From an uncultured delta proteobacterium (GTDB lineage Bacteria > Desulfobacterota > Binatia > Binatales > Binataceae): 64,000 nt of DNA. This document shows positions 59,988 to 64,000 of the stretch, in pieces. The notes under the pieces are model-generated. The model did not search any database. It had not been told where the DNA came from and worked only from the letters and a program-made list of their open reading frames with translations. The stretch lies in contig CAVXXK010000001.1 in NCBI GenBank assembly GCA_963765675.1, positions 480,001 through 544,000 of the forward strand. The letters run 5' to 3'. The position numbers and the translations under genes are program-made. How positions within the stretch are numbered: position 1 is the first letter of the stretch; each line of letters begins with the position of its first letter.

Positions 59988-61850
59988 GTGACGCTTGACG
60001 TTACGCCTTCGGCGCGTCGCGTGTCCGACGCGGTTCTCGCCACCGTGCTGCGCTTCTGGGGCTTTGAGAGCCTGCGCGCATTGCAGGCAGAAGCGATCAA
60101 GGCCGGCCTTGATCGACGCGATTCGCTGGTCGTGATGCCGACGGGCGGCGGTAAGTCGCTGTGCTACCAAGTGCCGCCTGCGGTCGCCGGACGCACCGAT
60201 ATTGTCGTCTCGCCGCTCATCGCTTTGATGAAGGATCAGGTGGATGCGCTGCGCGCATGCGGTTATCCCGCGATCGCGCTGCATAGCGCAATGGACTTCG
60301 GCGAGATCCGCAATGCCGAGCGCGAGATCGCGACGAGCCGTCCGCATCTCATCTTCGTCGCGCCGGAGCGGATGCTCACGCCGCGATTTAGCGAGCTCGC
60401 ACAACGAATCGGCGTCAGCACCTTCGCGATCGACGAGGCTCACTGCATCAGCCAGTGGGGCCACGATTTCCGGCCCGAGTATCGGCAGCTCGCGGAATTG
60501 AAGACTCGCTTTGCGAGTGCGAGCGTACACGCCTATACGGCGACAGCCACCGAGCGCGTGCGCCACGATATCGTCAAGCAACTGGGACTCAAGGATCCGG
60601 CGGTGTTGGTCGGCTCTTTCGATCGTCCTAATCTTCTCTACCGCGTAATCCCGAAAAGTTCAGTCAAGGCGCAGGTCGCGGATGTTGTGCGCCGCCACTC
60701 CGGCGAAGCGGTGATCGTTTATTGCATCTCGCGAAAGGATACCGAGACGATGGCCGCCTACTTGGCGGACGCGGGCTTTCGCGCTGCGCACTATCACGCC
60801 GGGATGGAAGCCGATGATCGCCGCCGCACGCAAGACCGCTTCGCCGCCGAGGAGATCGACGTCGTCGTGGCAACAGTCGCTTTCGGTATGGGGATCGACC
60901 GCAGTGATATCCGCTGCGTGATCCACGCGGCGTTGCCTAAATCGATCGAGCACTATCAGCAAGAGACTGGCCGCGCCGGGCGCGACGGCCTTCCTGCGGA
61001 ATGCGTCCTCTTCTACTCCGCGGCGGACGCGATGCGTTGGCAGGGATTGCTCGAGCGTAGCGCCGCCGAAGCGGAGGTCCCTGCGCAGGTGCTCGAAAGC
61101 GCAAATCAATTGCTCGAACAGATACGTCGCTACGCTACGGTCGTCGGATGCCGTCATGCCGCGCTGTCCGGCTATTTCGGCGAGCAGTACACGAATCCGA
61201 ATTGCGGCGCGTGCGACCAATGCCTGGGCGAAGTGGAAGGCGTGGCCGACGCGACTATTCTGGCGCAGAAGGTGCTCTCCTGCGTCGCGCGGGTCGAGCA
61301 ACGCTTCGGCGTCGAGCAGGTGGTTGACGTGCTCATTGGCGCCGACAGCGAGCGCGTGCGGCGATGGCATCATGAGCAGCTTTCCACGTACGGATTGTTG
61401 AACGATCTACCGCGCAAGACGATCACCAATCTGATCTATCAGCTCGTGGACGCGTCATTGCTCGAGCGCACCGGCGGCGATCGTCCGATCCTCAAACTCA
61501 ACGCTGACTCGTGGGAAGTTCTACGCGGAAAACGCTCGGTCAAGCTGCTTCAGGCGAAGAAGCCAAGGGCCGCGCGGACTCGCCTCGAGGAAACCAGTTG
61601 GCGCGACGTGGATGAAGCTCTTTACGAGAGCCTGCGCGAATTGCGCCGTGAGATTGCGGTGGAACGCTCGGTCGCAGCCTTCGTGATTCTGCATGACTCG
61701 ACGCTGCGTGATCTCGCCCGTGCGCGGCCTTCGACCATCGAACAGTTGCGCGCAATTCGAGGGATGGGCGAGCGGAAGCTCGCGGATTTTGGCGTCCGCC
61801 TGCTCGAACGAATCAAGCAGTACGAACAATCTCGGCCAACGAGCATGTGA
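59988..61850 (+). CDS. recQ: ATP-dependent DNA helicase RecQ
   Basis: MPTGGGKSLCYQ, DEAHCISQWGHDFRP, QETGRAGRDG, RQC Zn site CGACDQC, HRDC domain. Confidence 0.97.
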   Translation: MTLDVTPSARRVSDAVLATVLRFWGFESLRALQAEAIKAGLDRRDSLVVMPTGGGKSLCYQVPPAVAGRTDIVVSPLIALMKDQVDALRACGYPAIALHSAMDFGEIRNAEREIATSRPHLIFVAPERMLTPRFSELAQRIGVSTFAIDEAHCISQWGHDFRPEYRQLAELKTRFASASVHAYTATATERVRHDIVKQLGLKDPAVLVGSFDRPNLLYRVIPKSSVKAQVADVVRRHSGEAVIVYCISRKDTETMAAYLADAGFRAAHYHAGMEADDRRRTQDRFAAEEIDVVVATVAFGMGIDRSDIRCVIHAALPKSIEHYQQETGRAGRDGLPAECVLFYSAADAMRWQGLLERSAAEAEVPAQVLESANQLLEQIRRYATVVGCRHAALSGYFGEQYTNPNCGACDQCLGEVEGVADATILAQKVLSCVARVEQRFGVEQVVDVLIGADSERVRRWHHEQLSTYGLLNDLPRKTITNLIYQLVDASLLERTGGDRPILKLNADSWEVLRGKRSVKLLQAKKPRAARTRLEETSWRDVDEALYESLRELRREIAVERSVAAFVILHDSTLRDLARARPSTIEQLRAIRGMGERKLADFGVRLLERIKQYEQSRPTSM

Positions 61851-61856
61851 TCCCCG

Positions 61857-63377
61857 ATGCGTGCGCGAAGCCTTATGGTGATGGGTACGGCGTCTGACGT
61901 CGGCAAAAGCGTCATCGTGACTGGCTTGTGCCGCGCATTCGCGCGCCGCGGCATCCGCGTTGCGCCATTCAAATCGCAAAACATGTCGAACAACGCCGCG
62001 GTATGCGCAGGCGGCGGTGAGATTGGCCGCGCGCAGTGGGTACAGGCGATGGCCTGTGGGCTCGAGCCGTCGGTCGAGATGAATCCGGTTCTGCTCAAAC
62101 CGGAGAGCAGCTCCGGATGCCAGGTGGTGATCGGCGGCAGGGCGCGGTTGCGCATCAACGCGTGGCAGGAGCACGATCGATATCGCGAGAACGCTTGGCC
62201 GGAAATCGTGCGCAGCTACAACTCGCTCGCGGAAAGCTTCGACCTGATCATCGTCGAGGGCGCAGGCGGCGCGGCGGAGATTAATCTACGCGATCGCGAT
62301 TTGGCCAACTGGGAAGTCGCGGACCTCGCCGATGCGGCGGTTCTGATCATCGGCGATATCGACAAGGGCGGCGTGTTCGCGTCGCTCGTCGGAACCGTCG
62401 AGCTCCTCAGCGCGTCCGAGCGGCGGCGCGTCAAGGGACTGCTGATCAACAAGTTTCGCGGCGATCGCGTCCTGCTCGAACCCGGGCCTAGCTTCCTTGA
62501 ACGGCGCACCGGAATCCCCGTATTGGGAGTCCTCCCTTACGAGCGGAACCTCGGGATTCCGCAGGAGGATTCCGCTTCGCTCGAAACGCGCGCACCTGCT
62601 CCGAGCTCGAAGCGGCAGTGAAAATCGGCGTGGTGCGACTTGCCGGAAATATCCAACTACACCGACTTCGCGCCACTCGAGATCGAGCCGGACGTCGCGG
62701 TTCACTATCTGAGTGACCCCGTGTTTGCTCAGAAGGTCGACGTCCTGATTCTGCCCGGATCAAAGACCACGGTCGCCGACCTCAAGTGGCTGCGCGGCGC
62801 CGGATGGGAAGATTACCTCGTCCGCTGCGTGCGACGTGGAGGCTTTGTGCTCGGAATCTGCGGCGGCTACCAAATGCTCGGCCGGCGCATCGCTGATCGC
62901 GATCACGTCGAGAGCGACGACGCTGAGACCGTTGGCCTTGGACTGCTCGATATCGAAACGATCTTCGCATCCGAAAAAGTCACGGATCGCGTAACCGCAG
63001 TTCACCTGCCGACTGGCCTTCCAATCGAAGGATATGAAATTCACTCCGGACGGATCGTGGGCGTAACCGCGGCGAGTGCTCTTTTCAGGATTGGCAGCCG
63101 CGGCCACAGCGCTGTGCAGGATTTCGACGGGGCGCAGTCGGCTGAAGGCAGAATTATCGGAACTTCTATCCACGGAATTTTTGACGCCCCCGATTTCCGG
63201 CGCTCGTTTATCGACATGGTTCGTAAGTCGATAGGACTCGAGCCTTTGGCGGAGTCGGCGCGTTCCGCTTCCACGGCGGATCACAGCGCGGCTTTCGATC
63301 GGCTGGCCGACATGCTGGAAACACACCTAGACATGCGCCGCGTCGCCGCGCTCGTCGGTCTCGACTGGGTTTCCTAA
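61857..63377 (+). CDS. cobQ: Cobyric acid synthase (interrupted by two compensating indels at about 62618-62640)
   Basis: GTASDVGKS, PFKSQNMS, MNPVLLKP, EGAG; glutaminase half PEISNYTDF, GICGGYQMLG, GYEIH; VKIGVVR lies in a different frame between the halves. Confidence 0.93.
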
Positions 63378-63467
63378 CCGCGCATCGACCGTTGCAAGCG
63401 CCCCGCGATTCGACTACCGACTAATCAAGTTGCCTGCACCGACCGACGACGCGAGGACGATCTCTCA

Positions 63468-64000
63468 ATGCCATATCTCGAACGCGACCACGGAGTGAAG
63501 ATCTACTACGAAGAGCGCGGCGCCGGACCTGCGGTGCTGCTCTCGCACGGATACAGCGCGAGTGCGCGGATGTGGCGGGGACAGATGGAGGCGCTCTCGG
63601 ATCGCTATCATATGATCGCCTGGGATATGCGCGGACACGACCGCTCGGACTCTCCCGACGATCCTGTGCTGTATTCGCATGAGGCGACTATCGCCGATAT
63701 GGCGGCCGTGCTCGACGCGTGCGGCGCCGAGCGTGCGGTGATCGGGGGGCTGTCGCTGGGCGGATTCATGTCGCTCGCGTTTCATTTGGCTCATCCGGAA
63801 CGGACTATCGCGCTGATGCTGTTCGACACCGGCCCCGGCTACAAGAAGGACGGCCCGCGCCAGGAATGGAACCGCATGACCGACGCGACGGCGCGCAATT
63901 TCGAGCGCAACGGAATTGATGCTACGACAGGCAGCCCGGAGACTCGCATAGCGCAGCATCGCAGCGCCCAGGGACTTGCGCACGCCGCCCGAGGGATGCT
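63468..64000 (+). CDS. Alpha/beta hydrolase (runs off the window end)
   Basis: GAGG RBS; MPYLERDHGVKIYYEERG.GPAVLLSHG, WDMRGH, GGLSLGG; not in ORF track. Confidence 0.85.
   Translation, partial: MPYLERDHGVKIYYEERGAGPAVLLSHGYSASARMWRGQMEALSDRYHMIAWDMRGHDRSDSPDDPVLYSHEATIADMAAVLDACGAERAVIGGLSLGGFMSLAFHLAHPERTIALMLFDTGPGYKKDGPRQEWNRMTDATARNFERNGIDATTGSPETRIAQHRSAQGLAHAARGM

Noticed and set aside
61850-61860. Cobalamin riboswitch upstream of cobQ
   Set aside because: cobQ starts 6 bp after recQ, leaving no room, and no B12-box is seen
62619-62640. cobQ as two genes or stop-codon readthrough
   Set aside because: The conserved VKIGVVR-LP stretch is present in another frame, showing two compensating indels

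Overview
GC-rich bacterial chromosomal window. The gene content (many amidohydrolase_2, epoxide hydrolase, LLM, BVMO and Rieske enzymes) resembles soil Candidatus Binatota/Binataceae; this is inference only. It carries etfBA, pstSCA (no pstB), an ABC-F protein, a sulfatase, an amidase, a FadF-like Fe-S oxidoreductase, an atypical YchF, an ECF sigma factor followed by two membrane-anchored VWA proteins, tRNA-Thr(CGT) followed by accessory catabolic and detoxification genes, a Rieske dioxygenase pair with a TetR, a stress cluster (DUF4142, metallothionein-like peptide, PA2169-like, ligase-less LigD, separate ATP-dependent ligase, DUF2252), recQ and cobQ. About eight otherwise intact genes have isolated indels, most likely long-read assembly errors. 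True decay is seen in a phosphoesterase, hicA and a DUF6968-like gene. Strongest candidates for novelty: (i) the ECF / Zn-finger anti-sigma-TM(SxxxH)-Pro/Gly linker-VWA / second VWA module; (ii) two leaders sharing a 3-codon uORF whose stop abuts an SD-sequestering helix (ABC-F and GNAT-like genes); (iii) a GTAACC-N19-GGTTAC operator of a CGNR regulator; (iv) a putative sigma54-driven divergent stress cluster; (v) nested REP mosaics. All family assignments come from recognising motifs by eye; no database searches were run.
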